This document shows, piece by piece, positions 11,116 to 23,988 of a stretch of 64,000 nucleotides of DNA; the first letter of the stretch is position 1, and each line of letters begins with the position of its first letter. Where the stretch lies: NCBI GenBank assembly GCA_051313645.2, contig JBNRSN020000006.1, positions 78,058,001-78,122,000 of the forward strand, in the 5' to 3' direction. Position numbers and translations under genes: made by a program. The notes beneath the pieces were generated by a model. It ran no database searches. It saw only the letters and a list, made by a program, of their open reading frames with translations, and had not been told where the DNA came from. This stretch comes from Centroscyllium fabricii. Lineage: Eukaryota.

Positions 11116-11408
11116 AATAATAATAATTCAACTTTATTGTCATTATACAATGTACAAGTACATGAACAACGAAATGTGATCTTTCAAGCTCCCAAGAGTC
11201 CAGCAAAGCCGCTGCGTCTGTGCGCGCCGCCATTCCATCTTCCCATCATTCCGACAATCTTCAGCCAACCGCCCCTCCCCGGGGCTCCTTTCGTGACCTT
11301 CGGCACCTGGTATTCTCTAGTGGTTACCCATCCAAGTACTAACCAGGCCTGACTCTGCTTAGCTTCCAAGCCTTGCCAGTGGCCCTGTCCCTAGTCCCAG
11401 GAACAGGG
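11116..11408 (-). mobile_element. 5S rRNA-derived composite SINE (SINE3-like) with Rex1/Babar-like 5' motif and 3' tail
   Basis: 7-bp TSD tatcaat (11109-11115, 11409-11415). 5S-like segment at about 11297-11370. Tail aatgacaataaagttgaa(tta)n. Confidence 0.85.
11297..11370 (-). pseudogene. Partial 5S rRNA-derived sequence (internal control region boxes A, IE, C), not a functional rRNA gene
   Basis: - strand GGAAGCTAAGCAGAGTCAGGCCTGGTTAGTACTTGGATGGGTAACCACTAGAGAATACCAGGTGC aligns to the 3' two-thirds of vertebrate 5S rRNA. The 5' third is absent. Confidence 0.85.
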
Positions 11409-12249
11409 TATCAATTTCTTGGTCCTTTGCTGAATTCTAAAAGCTTCCCAATTCTCAGGCTTACTACGCTTTTTGGCAACATTATAAGCCTCTTCTTTGG
11501 ATCCAATACTATCTTTAACTTCTCTTGTTAGCCACGGTTGGACCACTTTTCCTGTGGGGTTTTTGTGCCTTAAAGGAATGTATATTTGTTGTAAATTATG
11601 TATTCATTCTTTAATTTGCTTTCTCCAGATATGAAGGGCAGTGTTGTCTGGTCTCTAATATCACTAACTGTACACAACATTTTACAGTTGTATATACTAA
11701 ACTCAATTTCCTGATGATTTACCAGTGGTCATTTTGATAATATGACCATTGTTAATCTTACAGCGAATTGTGGTAGCTGGAAATAAACACTGACCAAAAT
11801 TTAAAGAAGCCTGTGGAACTGAGGCTCAATTGAAGCAAGAAGGTGTCTGAGCACAGAGACTTCATTCTTCCTTTGCCTTCATGAGTTGCCTTTTGCACTT
11901 GCACAAGGGAAATGACTTGTCAGCAGATTGCTCCCAGACGCTTCGCATAATCCAAGTCCTTCCAAACTCTGGGACCTGCTCCCACCTCCACATCAGCGAT
12001 CTAGAGTCAGCAATTTCCCTTGTTTCTTGCCATTCCAAGTACTCTCAGCATTCCTGGCCTCAGCGCCCGCTCTCCCTATTATCTCTCTCGCTGCCTTTTG
12101 CTCCACTTTCTTGCGATACCTCTGTCCTGTTCCCTGCAGTGTGGACCTTGCTTTGGATGCGAGCCTGCACCTGACCCCATTGCTTCATTCTGCCCCCAAT
12201 GGTGTGCATTTATTAGAACTGTTCATCGCGTAACATTTATCTGCTACTC

Positions 12250-12600
12250 GTGCCGCAGTGGTTAGCACTGATGCCTCGCAATAAGGAGCTCCTGGGTTCG
12301 AATCCTGCTTGGCCCGGGACCTCTCTGCGTGGAGTTTGCATGTTCTACCTGTGTTCGTGTGGGTTTCCTCCGGGTACTCCGGTTTCCTCCCACCACCCAA
12401 AGACATGCAGGTTAGGTGAATTGGAGATACCAAAAATTGCCCATGAGTATGTGTGTGAGATAGAGTTCTCCGAGTTGGGGGTGTCAGGGTATATGGGTAG
12501 GAGGGGGGTGCTGGGTTTGGATGATCAGCCATGATCTCATCAAAATGGTGGAGCAGGCTCGAAGGGCCGAATGGCCTACTCCTCCTTTCTTCTGTTTCTG
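12250..12600 (+). mobile_element. tRNA/V-domain SINE, subfamily B
   Basis: cagtggttagcact...gggttcgaatcctgcttggcccggg, V-domain and CR1 tail; matches the copies at 28211 and 31438. Confidence 0.88.
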
Positions 12601-12959
12601 TGTGCCAAGTGTATGTCATACCTTTGAGCAATGGGAGGCCTTCAAAGAGGAGATAGTTTGGGTACAGACTAGACACATTTGCATGAGGGGGAATGGAAGG
12701 GCATCCAAAGCTAGAACTCCTTAGATGACTAAAGATATAAAGGTTAAAATGAAAAAGGAGGTTTATGATCAATGTCAGGCTTCCAATATAGTAGAGAACC
12801 AAGCTGAATACAGAAGCTCCAGCGGAACACTGAAACAGGGAATAAGATGGGCAAAGCAAGTATGAGAATAGATTAGCAGGGAACCCAAATGTCTTTTATA
12901 AACACACGAATAGTAAAAGGGTAGTCAAAGGAAAGGTAGTGGCAAATGAAATTCAACAC

Positions 12960-13293
12960 GGCAGCACGGTGGCATAGTGGTTAGCACTGTTGCCTTACAG
13001 CACGAGAGACTCGGGTTCAAATCCAGCCTCGGGTACTATCTGTGGAGTTTGCACAGTCCAAAGATGTGCGGGTTAGGTTGATTGGCCATGATAAATTGAC
13101 CCTTAGTGTTAGGGGGTTTGAATATGTGGGGTTACGGGGATAGGGTGGGATATGTGTCGGTGCAGGCTCGATGGGGAGAAGGCAGGGGCGGGGTACTGGG
13201 TTTGGATGATCAGCCATGATCTCATTGAATGGCGGAACAGGCTCGAAGGGCCGAATGGCCTACTCCTGCTCCTATCTTCTATGTTTCTATGTT
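12960..13293 (+). mobile_element. HE1-like SINE subfamily A with internal deletion, amid old CR1 fragments (about 12600-13610)
   Basis: Same head and tail as other A copies. Joins gagtttgca directly to cagtccaaag. Confidence 0.88.
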
Positions 13294-13607
13294 TTAGCAC
13301 ACACAAATGTGAGGTATTCTATTTTGGTAGGAAGAATAGGGAGGTCAATTATCACTTACAGGGTGCGAGTCTAGGTGGGGTAGAGGAACAAAAGGATCTC
13401 GGAGTACAAATACACAAATCACTAAAAGTTGCAACACAAATTAGCAAGGCCATAAAAAAGGATTTGTTACTGGTTGCAGTAATGGAAATGAACCAGAGCA
13501 GATAAGAGAAGTAAAAGTAGGGGAACATATAGGCAATAGTGACCATAATGTAATACGCTTTAAGATGATAATTGAGAAGGACATAAGTATGACAAAAACA
13601 AGGTTAA

Positions 13608-15667
13608 TAAGAACATAAGAAATAGGAGCAGGAGTAGGCCAATCGGCCCCTCGAGCCTGCTCCGCCACCCAACAAGATCATGGCCGATCTGATCCCAACC
13701 TCAATTTTATTTTTACTCTCCATCCCGCCCAAACCCATGTGATCATCCGGGGGAGGCGAAAAACCAGATTAAAAAACCCAGTGGCCAATTTGGGAGAAAA
13801 AATCTGGGAAATTCCTCGCCGACCCATCTAGGCGATCGAAAACTGGTCCAGGAGATCACATGGCCGATCTGAACCTAGCCTCAGGTCCACTTACCTGCCC
13901 GCTCACCATAACCCCCTAATTCCCTTTACTTTCAGGAAACTGTCTATCTCTGTTTTAAATTTATTCAATGTAGTAGCTTCCACAGCTCTCTGGGGCAGCA
14001 AATTCCACAGCCCCACCACCCTCAGTGAAGAAGTTTCTCCTCATCTCAGTTTTGAAATGGCAGCCCCTTATTTTAAGATTATGCCCCCTAGTCCTAGTTT
14101 CACCCACCATTGGGAACATCCTCACCGCATCCACCCGATCAAGCCCTCTCACAATCTTGTATGTTTCAATAAGATCGCCTCTCATTCTTCTGAACTCCAA
14201 TGAGTAGAGGCCCAATCTACTCAGCCTCTCATCATATGTTAGCCCCCTCATCGCCGGAATTAACCTAGTGAGCCTTCTTTGCACTGCCTCGAGAGTAAGT
14301 ATGTCCTTTCTTAAATATGGATACCAGAACTGCACGCAATATTCCAGGTGTGGTCTCACCAATACCCTGTACAACTGCAGCAAGACCTCCCTGCTTTTAT
14401 ACTCAATCCCCTTAGCAATAAAAGCCAACATTCCGTTGGCCTTCCTGACCACCTGCTGCACCTGCATATTAACTTTTTGTGTTTCCTGCACCAGGACCCC
14501 CAGATCCCTTTGCACTGAAGTACTTTCCAGTTTCTTTCCATTTGGATAATAACTCGCTCTTATTTTTCCTGCCAAAGTGCATAACTTCACACTTTCCAGT
14601 ATTATACTCCATCTGCCAAATCTCTGCCCACTCACTTAGCCTATCTATGTCCTTTTGCAGGTTTTTAATGTCCTCCTCACTCATCACCCTCCCTCCCATC
14701 TTTGTGTCATCCGCAAACTTTGATATGTTGCACTTGGTCCCTTCTTCCAAATCATTAATATAGATTGTAAAGAGTTGGGGTCCCAGCACCGACCCTTGCA
14801 GAACACCACTAGTGACTGACTGCCAGTCTGCGAACGAACCATTTATCCCAACTCTCTGTTTTCTGCTAGAAAGCCAATCCTCCACCCATGCCAGAATATT
14901 ACCCCCAACCCTGTGATTTTTTATCTTGAGTAATAATCTTCTGTGGGGCACCTTGTCAAATGCCTTTTGGAAATCCAAATACACCACATCCACTGGTTCC
15001 CCTTTATCCACCCTATATGTTATGTCCTCAAAGAACTCTAGCAAATTTGTCAAACATGACTTCCCCTTTGTAAAACCATGCTGACTTTGTCCTATTAAAT
15101 TATGTTTATACAAATGCCCTGTTACTGTTTCCTTAATAATGGATTCTAACATTTTGCCAACCACAGATGTTAGGCTAACTGGTCTATAATTTCCAGCCTT
15201 CTGTCTATTACCCTTTTTAAATAAAGGCGTTACGTTAGCAGTTTTCCAATCTGCCGGGACCTTTGCCGAGTCCAGAGAGTTTTGAAAAATTATTACCAAC
15301 GCATCCACAATCCCTACCGCCACTTCCCTCAAGACCCTAGGATGTAAGCCATCAGGTCCAGGGGAGTTATCCTCCTTAAGTCCCATAATTTTCCCGAGTA
15401 CCACCTCCTTAGTGACTTTAATCGTAATTAGCTCCTCCCTCCCCCCCCCCCCCCCCCCCCCCCCTCGCTAGAGCCACCTGTTTATCCAATGTTTGGATAT
15501 TTTGAGTGTCCTCTACTGTAAAGACTGATACAAAATATTTGTTCAGTGCTTTTGCCATCTCCATGTCCCCTACCATTAATTTCCCAGTCTCATCCTCTAA
15601 AGGACCAACATTTACTTTAGCCATCCTTTTTCTTTTTATGTGACTATAGAAACTCTTGCTATCTGTT
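13608..15667 (-). mobile_element. CR1 LINE 3' half (RT and composite 3' UTR), frameshifted
   Basis: ORFs 14469-15404 and 13961-14635: PGPDGLHPRVL, YLDFQKAFDKVPH, QGSVLGP, FADD, RPHLEYCVQFW. Confidence 0.93.
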
Positions 15668-16413
15668 TTAGATTGGAGAAAAGCTGATTTTGAGGGGCTG
15701 AGAATAGAACTTGGGGGTGGGGGGTGCGGTGTGGGCGGAAACCAGCAACAACATTGGCAAACAATGATGTAGAACAGCAATGGAAACATTTAAAACTGTG
15801 CTCAACAGAGTGCAGGAAAAATATATTCTGCTAAAAGTAAAGAACAAACTAAATAATAATGAGACTCCATGGATGAATAAAGCCATAAGGGAACAATTGA
15901 GGGTAAAGAAAGAGGCATACATTAAGTACATGGACAGCAGGGGAGTGCATGATGAGGGAGAATACGAAAAGAAGTCAAAAAAACAATTCGGAAGGCAAAG
16001 AGGAACTATGAAATTAAATTATCAAGGAACATAAAATAGTAAAGTATTTTATAGGCATATCAATAAAAAAGGAAGATTGGGATGGGAATAAGGCCTTGAG
16101 ATAGATAGGATAATAGCACAGGTAACGATAGAGAGATGGCAGAAATATTAAATAATTATTTTGCTTCAGTATTTACCAGGGAGAGAACACAGCTGGACAT
16201 GACATTGGATGCTGAGATTAGTAATGAGATAAGCGCATTTAAAATAAAAAGAGGGGATATATTAAATAAACTAATCAAACTCCAAGAGGATAAAACCCCT
16301 GGTCCGGATGGATTGCAGCCACGCATTTTAAAATAATCTAGGGAAGAGATAGCAGAGGCATTACTATACATATTTAATAATTCGTTATAAAAAGGTGTAG
16401 TGCTAATGTAATA

Positions 16414-16769
16414 CAGGTTGCGCACCGTTAATCCGGACACCGGCAATCTGCTAACTTCAGTCATTCGGAACGAATCCGGCCGACTGTTCTGCGCATGCGC
16501 GAAATGGCTGCTGCGCTTGCGAGCCTCTCCCCGACTGCCAGACTGGCCTGTGCATGCGCGAAATGGCCACCGCGCTTGGCTGCACATGCCTGGGCCTCCC
16601 CGAACGATTGATGCTTCGGCAAGCGCATGCGCAGACCTTTCAAAATGCTTTGCGGCGGCTATTTTGAATGGTCTGTGTATGCGCTCGCCGAAGCTTCAAT
16701 CATTCGGAGTTTTCACTTGTCCGGCACCGGCCTGGTCCCGCCTGTGCCGGATTAACAATGTCGGACCTG
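16414..16769. mobile_element. Tigger/pogo-type (Tc1-mariner) MITE
   Basis: TIRs caggttgcgcaccgttaatccgg / ccggattaacaatgtcggacctg. TA on the left; CR1 resumes after it. Confidence 0.8.
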
Positions 16770-17417
16770 GACCGATATTTAAGAAGGGGGATAGAACATG
16801 TCCAGGGAATTATAGACCAGTCAGCTTAATATCAGTGGTAGGAAAAATAATGGAATCCCTACTAAAGGAGAAAATAGAAGAACATCTAGAAACCAAAAAT
16901 AATATAATGAGTAGTTAGCATGGATTTCAAAAGGGAAAATCCTGCTTGACCAACCTTACTGAATTTTGTGAAGATGTAACAGAGAGAGTAGACAATGGTA
17001 ATGCAGTAGATGTAATTTATCTGGATTTTTCAAAAGGCCTTTGATGAGGTACCCCATAATAGACTGATGAACAAGGTCAGAGAATGCGGAGTCAGGGGAC
17101 AAGTAGCAGAATGGATTGCTGGCTGGCTTCAGCACAGAAACTAGAGAGTAGGAGTAAATGGTATCTATTCACAGTGGCAGAAGGTGGGTGGTGGTGTTCC
17201 ACAAGGATCAGTGCTGGGACCACTGCTGTTCACAATTTACATTAACGATTTAGACTTTGGAATCAAAAACACAATTTCTAAATTTGCGGATGACATCAAA
17301 TTGGGGGGTATAGTCAATCTTGAGGAGGACGGCAACAAATTACAGGAGAACATTAATAAACTTGCAGAATGGGCATATAATTGGCAAATGAGGTTCAACA
17401 CCGATAAATGTGAGGTA

Positions 17418-17887
17418 TAGGTTGTGCACCGAAAATCCGTGTCCCGAATAGCCGGCAGCTTCAGTCTGCTGGCACAAATTGCCCCAACTGCACTGCGCAT
17501 GCGCAAGATGGCCGCCGCCATCGTGGCTTCAGCGAATGATCTGCGCATGCGTCGCCGGACGGTTAGCGCATGCGCAGATAATTCAATAGGCCGCCGGTTA
17601 TTTTCTCGACAGCTGAGCCCCGTGACTGAGGCGGACAGTCACTAGGCAACAGCTGTCAGCCTGAGTCCGGCTCGGCGGCAGCAGCAACCTGAAAGGCGAT
17701 GGAGAGGGAAGGCGGCTCCCGGGCCCGGATTGCGCATGCGCGCGCCAGCCAATCCCAATGTTGTGCGCATGCGCGCGGCCATTTTGAATGGTGCGCATGC
17801 GCAGTGTCCAACCTCGTTCTCCCGGTTTTTTCTGTTTCCCGGCACGGGCCTGGTCCCGCCCGTGGCGGATTAATGGTGCACAACCTG
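17418..17887. mobile_element. Tigger/pogo-type MITE
   Basis: TIRs taggttgtgcaccgaaaatccg / cggattaatggtgcacaacctg with TA on both sides. Splits the CR1 motif KCEV|LHFG. Confidence 0.85.
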
Positions 17888-18681
17888 TATTACATTTTGG
17901 TAGGAAGAATAGGGAGGGCACTTATCACTTGGATGGTGCGAATCCAGGGATAGAGGAACCAAGGCATTTCGGAGTACAAATATACAAATCACTAAAATTT
18001 ACGACGCAGGTTAGCAAGGCTATAAAAAAGCAAACCAAGCACTAGGGTTTATTTCTAGAGGTATAGAATTGAAAAGTAGGGAAGCTATGCTAAACCTGTA
18101 ACGAACCTTGGTTAGACCACACTTCCAGTACTGCGTACAGTTCTGGTCACCACATAAAAAGGATATAGAGGCACTGGAGAGGGTGCAGAGAAAATTTACA
18201 CGGATGATACCGGAAATGCGAGGGTATACCCATCAGGAAATGATGAACAGGCTGGGTCTCTTTTTTTTCTCTTGGAAAAAAGAAGGCTGGGGGGTGATCT
18301 AATAGAAGTCTTAAGTTGTGGAGACAGAGAATGTTTCCACTTGTGGGGAAGAGCATAACTAGAGGCCATCAATATAAGATAGTTACCAAGAAATCCAATA
18401 GGGAATTCAGAAGAAACTTCTTTACCCAGAGAGTGATGAGAATGTGGAACTTGCTACCACAGCGAGTGGTTAAAGCAGATTGCGTAGATGCATTTAAGGG
18501 GAGGCTGGACAAGCATCTGAGGGACAAGGGAATAGAGGGTTATGCTGATAGATTTAGATGAGGAAAGACTGGAGGCGACTCGAGTGGAGCATTAACGCCA
18601 GCATGGACTGGTTGGGCCGAATGGCCTGTTTCTGTGCTGTATATTCTATGTAAAAGCTGATCAGTCACCCAGTCCGATGGG

Positions 18682-21600
18682 ATAGAAACAAAGAATGATA
18701 GGAGCAGGAGGAGGCCATTCGGCCCCTCGAGCCTGCTCCGTCATTCAATGCGATCATGGCTGATCATTCAATTTCAGTACCCTGTCCCTGCTTTCTCCCC
18801 ATATCTCTTGATCCCTTTAGCCTTAAGAAATATATCCAACTCTTTCTTTAATATATTTAATGAATTAGCCTATGCTGCCTTCTGTGGTAAGAATTCCACA
18901 GGTTCACGACTCTGGATGAAGAAATTCCTCCTCATCCCTGTCCTAAATGGCTTACCCCTTATCCTTAGACTGTGACCCATGGTTCTTGACTCCCCCACCA
19001 TCGGGAACATTCTTCCTGCATCTAGTCTGTCCAGTCCTGTTAAAATTTTATAAGTTTCATCCCCTCTCATTCTTCTAAACTCCAGCGAGTACAAGCCCAA
19101 TCGACCCAATCTCTCCTCATACGTCATTCCTGCCATCCCAGGTATCAGCCTGGTGAATCTTCACTGCACTCCCTCCATGGCAAGAACATCCTTCCTCAGA
19201 TAAGGTGACCAAAACTGTACGCATTACGCAAGATGTGGTCTCACCAAGGCCCTGTACAACTGCAGCAAGATATCCTTGTTCTTGTACTCAAACCCTCTCG
19301 CTACGAAGGCCAACATAACATTTACCTTCTTAACGACCTTCTGCACCTGCATGCTTAAATTCAGTGACTGGTGCACAAGGATGCCCAGGTCTCGTTGCAC
19401 TTCCCCTTCTCCCAATCTATTACCATTCAGATAATAATCTGCCACCTTGGTTTTGACACCAAAGTGGATAACTTCTTATTTATCCACGTTATATTGCATC
19501 TGCCATGCTTCTGCCCAATCATCCAACCTGTCCAAATCACACTGGAGTTTCTCGGCATCCTCCTCACAGCACACATGCCCACCCAGCTTTGTGTCATCTG
19601 CAAACTTGGCGATATTACATCTAGTTCCCTCGTCCAGATCATTAATATATATTGTGAACAGCTGGGGTCCAAGGCCCGATCCCTACGGTACCCCACTAGT
19701 CACTGCCTGCCACTTGGAAAAAGAGCCGTTTATTCCAACTCTTTGCTTTCTGTCTGCCAACCAGTTCTCTATCCCAGTCAATATCTTGCCCCCAATCCCA
19801 TGTATCTTAATTTTATATGCTAATCTCTTATGCGGGAACTTATCAAAAGCCTTTTGAAAGTCCAAGTACACCACATCCACTGGTTCTCCCTTATCTATTT
19901 TACCAGTTATATCCTCAAAAAATTTCAGTAGATTAGTCGAGCACGATTTACCTTTTGTAAGTACATGTTGACTTTATCCGATCCGGTCACTGTTTTCCAA
20001 GTACCCTGCTATTACATCTTCTTTAATGGACTCTAGCATTTTTCCCCACTACCGATGTCAGGCTTACCGGTCTGTAATTCCCCGTTTTCTCTGTACCACC
20101 TTTTTTGAACAGTGGGGTAACATTAGCTACCCTCCAATCCATGGGTACTGTTTCAGAGTCTATCGAATTTTGGAAGTTGGCCAGCAATGCATCCACTATT
20201 TCTAGGGCCACTTCCTTAAGTACCCTAGGATGTAGTTTATCAGGCCCTGAGGGTTTATCGGTCTTCAATCCCATCAATTTCTCTAACACCATTTCCCTAC
20301 AAATACTGATTTCTATCAGTTCCTCCCTTTCATTAGACCCCATGTTCCTCATCATCTCCAGGAGGTTGTTTGTGTCCTCCTTTGTGAAGATAGAATCAAA
20401 GTATGTATTTAATTGGTCTGCCATTTCTTTGTTCCCCATTATAAATTGCCCTGATTCTGACTGCAAGGGACCTATGCTTGACTTCACCAATCTTTTTCTC
20501 TTCACATATCTATAAAAGCTTTTACAGTCAGTTTTTATGTACCCTGCAAGCTTACTCTCATATTCTATTTCCCCCCCCTCTTAATTAATCCCTTTGTCCT
20601 CCTTTGTTGAATCCTAAACTGCTCCCAATCTTCAGGTTTACTGCTTTTTCTGGCCAATTTATATGACCTCTCCTTGGATCTTATGCTATCTCTAATTTCA
20701 CTTGATAACCACGGTTGAGTCACCTTTTTCATTTTGTTTTTATGCCAAACTGGGATGAACAAATTCTGTAGTTCATCCATGCGATCTTTGACTGTTTGCC
20801 ATTGCCTATCCACCGTCAACCCTTTGAGTAACATTCCTATCAATCCTACCCAACTCGCGCCTCATACCATCGTAGTTTCCTTTATTTAAATTCAGGGCCC
20901 TAGTCTCTGAGTCAACTCCTTCACTCTCCATCCCTATCATATTATGATTGCTCCGACCCAAGGGGCCTTGCACAACAAGATTGCTAATTAATCCTTTCTC
21001 ATTACATAACACCCAGTCTCAGATGGCCTGATCCCTAGTTGGTTCCTCGACATATTGTTCCAGAAAACCATCCCACATACACTCCAGGAATGCCTCCTCC
21101 ACAGCATTGTTACTAATTTGGTTAGCCCAATTTATATGTAGATTAAAGTCTCCCATGATAACTGCTGTGCCCTTATTGCACGCTTCTCTAATTTCCCTTT
21201 TTAATGCCATCCCCGACATCCGTATTACTGTTTGGAGGCCTATATACCACTCCCACTAACATTTTCTGCCCCTTCGTATTTCTCAGTGCCACCCATACAG
21301 ATTCCAGATCATCAGAGCTAATATCCTTCCTTACAATTGTGTTAATCACCTCTTTAACCAGCAATGCTACCCCACCTCCTTTACCTGTTTGCCTGTCTTT
21401 CCTGAATATTGAATACCCCTGGATGGTGAGTTCCCAGCCTTGGCCATCCTTGAGCCATGTCTCCGTAATCCCAATCATATCATATTCGTTTACCTCTATT
21501 TGCACAGCCAATTCATCCACTTTATTACGAATGCTCCTCGCATTAAGACACAAAGCCTTCAGGCTTGGTTTTTTAATGCTCTTAAATCTTTTAGAATTAT

Positions 21601-21865
21601 TATTTGCTGTGACCATGTTTGATTTAAACCCTTGGTTTCTCAGTCTACCACTTTTGTTTTTCTCCTTCCTGTCTTTTGCTTTTATCCTTGTTTCCCTTTC
21701 CTCTGTCTCCCCACTCAGGTTCCCAACCTCCTGCCATTTTAGTTTAAACCCTCCCTCAGAGCACTAGCAAACACTCCCCCCCCCCCCCCCCCCCCCCCAG
21801 GACATCGGTCCGCCCTGCCCAGGTGCAGACCGTTCTTTTTGTACTGGTCCCACCTCCCCCAGAAT
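18682..21865 (-). mobile_element. CR1 LINE: ORF1 end, whole decayed ORF2 (APE+RT), 3' tail
   Basis: LNARSIRNK, GITETWL, VYRPPNS, MGDFN, PSGPDKLHPRVL, YLDFQKAFDK; multiple stops and frameshifts. Confidence 0.92.
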
Positions 21866-22776
21866 GCATCCTAGGTTGCTGAGGGAAGTAAGGCGATACT
21901 GGAGGCTTTGGCCACTATCCTCCAATGCTCCTTAAATAGGGGAACAGTACCAAAGGACTGGAGGTTTGCAAATGTTACATCTCTGTTCAAAAAAAATGGA
22001 AAGGAATAAATCTGACAATTATCGACTAATCAGCCGAGGATCAGTGGTTGGGAAACTTTTAGAGACCATAGTCCTGGACAAAATTAATTATCATTTGGAT
22101 GTGTAAATGGACTTTCAAAAGGCGTTTGATAAAGTACCATATAATGGACTTGTTAGCAAATTGAAGCCCATGGGGCAGTATGGATACGAAATTGGCTAAG
22201 AGACAAAAAGCAGCGAATCGTAGTGAACAGTTTTTTCAGACTGGAGTGAAGTATACAGTGGTGTTCACCAGGGGTCGGTATTTGGACCACTGCTCTTTTT
22301 GATATATATTAATGACCTAGACTTGGGTACACAGGACATAGTCAAACTGGTGAAATGGACAGAAACATGGCAGATAGAATTCAATGCAGAGATGCATTTT
22401 GGCCGGGAGAATGAGGGGAGGCAATATAAACTAAATGATCCAATTTTAAATGGGGTGCAGGAACAGCGAGGCCTGGGAGAGCGCATGCTCCAGTCTTTTG
22501 AAGGTAGCAGGACAAGTTGAAAAGGCTGTTGAAAAGGCATACAGGAGCTTTATTAATAGGGGCATAAAGTACAAAAGTAAGAAAGTTATGCTAAACCTTT
22601 ATAAATCACTGGTTTGGTCCCAGCTAAGGTATTGCCCCATTTCTGTGCACCACACTTTTTAGGAAGGATGTCAAGGACATGGAGAGGGTGCAGAGGAGAC
22701 TTACTCGAATAGTACCAGGGATGCAGGACTTCAGTTACGTGGAGGAGCTGGAGTTCTCCTTGGAGCAGAGAAATTT
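21866..22776 (+). mobile_element. Old, heavily deleted CR1 RT fragment
   Basis: DFQKAFDKVP, GSVFGPLLFLIYINDLD, LNLYKSLV remnants. Confidence 0.75.
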
Positions 22777-22777
22777 A

Positions 22778-23988
22778 AACAACAACAACTTGTATTTATA
22801 TAGCACCTTTAATGTAGTAAAACGTTCCAAGGCGCTGCACAAGTATTTAAAGACATAAGGATAAATTAGGGCAGGTGACCAAAAGCTTGGTCAAAGAGAG
22901 AGGTTTTAAGGAGCGTCTTAAAGGAGGAAAGAGAGGTCGCGAGGCGGGCAGGTGAGGCAGGGAATTCAGAGCTGAGGGCCTTGGCAACAGAAGACACGGC
23001 CACCAAAGGTTGACCGATTATGATCAGGGATCCTCAAGAGGGCAGAATTAGAGGAGCGCAAATACCTGGGGCGGGGGGTTGGTAGGGGGGGGGGGGGTGA
23101 TTGTGGAGCTGAATGAAATTACAGCGATGGGAAGGGGCAAGGCCATGGAGGGATTTGAAAACAAGGATGAGAATTTTGAAATCGAGGCGCTGCTTAACCG
23201 GGAGCCAAAGTAGGTCAGCGAGCACAGGGTGATGGGTGAACGGGGTTTGGTGCAGGTTAGGACACAGGCAGCCGAGTTTTGGATGACCTCAAGTTTACAT
23301 AGGGTGTAATGTGGGAGGCCAGCCAGGAGTGCGTTGGAATAGTCAAGTCTAGAGGGAACAAAGGCACGGATGAGCTGAGGCAAGGGCAGAAACAGGCAAT
23401 GTTACAGAGGTGGAAGTAGGCGGTCTTTGTTAAGCTGTGGATATGTGGTCGGAAGCTCATTTCAGGGTCAAATATGACACCAAGGTTGCGAACAGTGTGG
23501 TTCATCCTCAGACAGATGTCAGGGAGAGGGATGGAGTCAGTGGCTAGGGAACGGTGTTTGTGGCGGGGACAGAAAACAGTGGCTTCGGTTTTCCCAATAT
23601 TTAATTGGAGAACATTTTTGCTCATCCAGAACTGTATGTCGGACAAGCATTCTGACAATTTAGACACCGTGGAGGGGTCGAGAGAAGGTATTGAGGTAGC
23701 GTTGGGTGACGTCAGTGTTCATGTGGAAACTGACACTGACACTGTGTTTTCGGATGATGTCACCAAGGGGCAACATGTAGATGAGAAATAGAAGGGTGTT
23801 AAGGATAGATCCTTCGGGGACACCAGAGGTAACAATGCGGGGGCGGGAAGAGAAGCCGTTGCAGGTGATTCTCTGGTTACGATTAGATAGATAAGAATGG
23901 AGCCACACGAGTTCAGTCCCAGCCAGCTAAACGACGATGGAGAGGCGTTGGAGAAGGATGGAGTGGTTAACCGTGTCAAAGGCTGCAG
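22778..23988 (-). mobile_element. L2 LINE 3' fragment
   Basis: GVPEGSIL, LQLNIGKTE, SRLDYSNALL, WLPVKQRLDFKIL and a (ttg)n tail. Confidence 0.88.

Larger units (their letters stand above)
10558..11613 (-). mobile_element. CR1 ORF2 fragment (continuation of 2046-4067), interrupted by two SINEs
   Basis: RKLARNLKTDCKSFYRHGKRKRLAKVNVG and neighbouring CR1 linker sequence. Confidence 0.8.
15668..18652 (+). mobile_element. Decayed CR1 ORF2 and tail, carrying two MITE insertions
   Basis: MAEILNNYFASVFT, KTPGPDG, NYRPVSL, VPQGSVLGP, FADD, MWNLLP. Confidence 0.88.

Noticed and set aside
11297-11370. Functional 5S rRNA gene
   Set aside because: The 5' third is missing, it has several substitutions and no oligo-T terminator, and it is embedded in a TSD-flanked retroposon.
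15441-15464. Poly-C tract (also about 21776-21798)
   Set aside because: Homopolymer expansion within CR1 and prone to sequencing error; no functional evidence.
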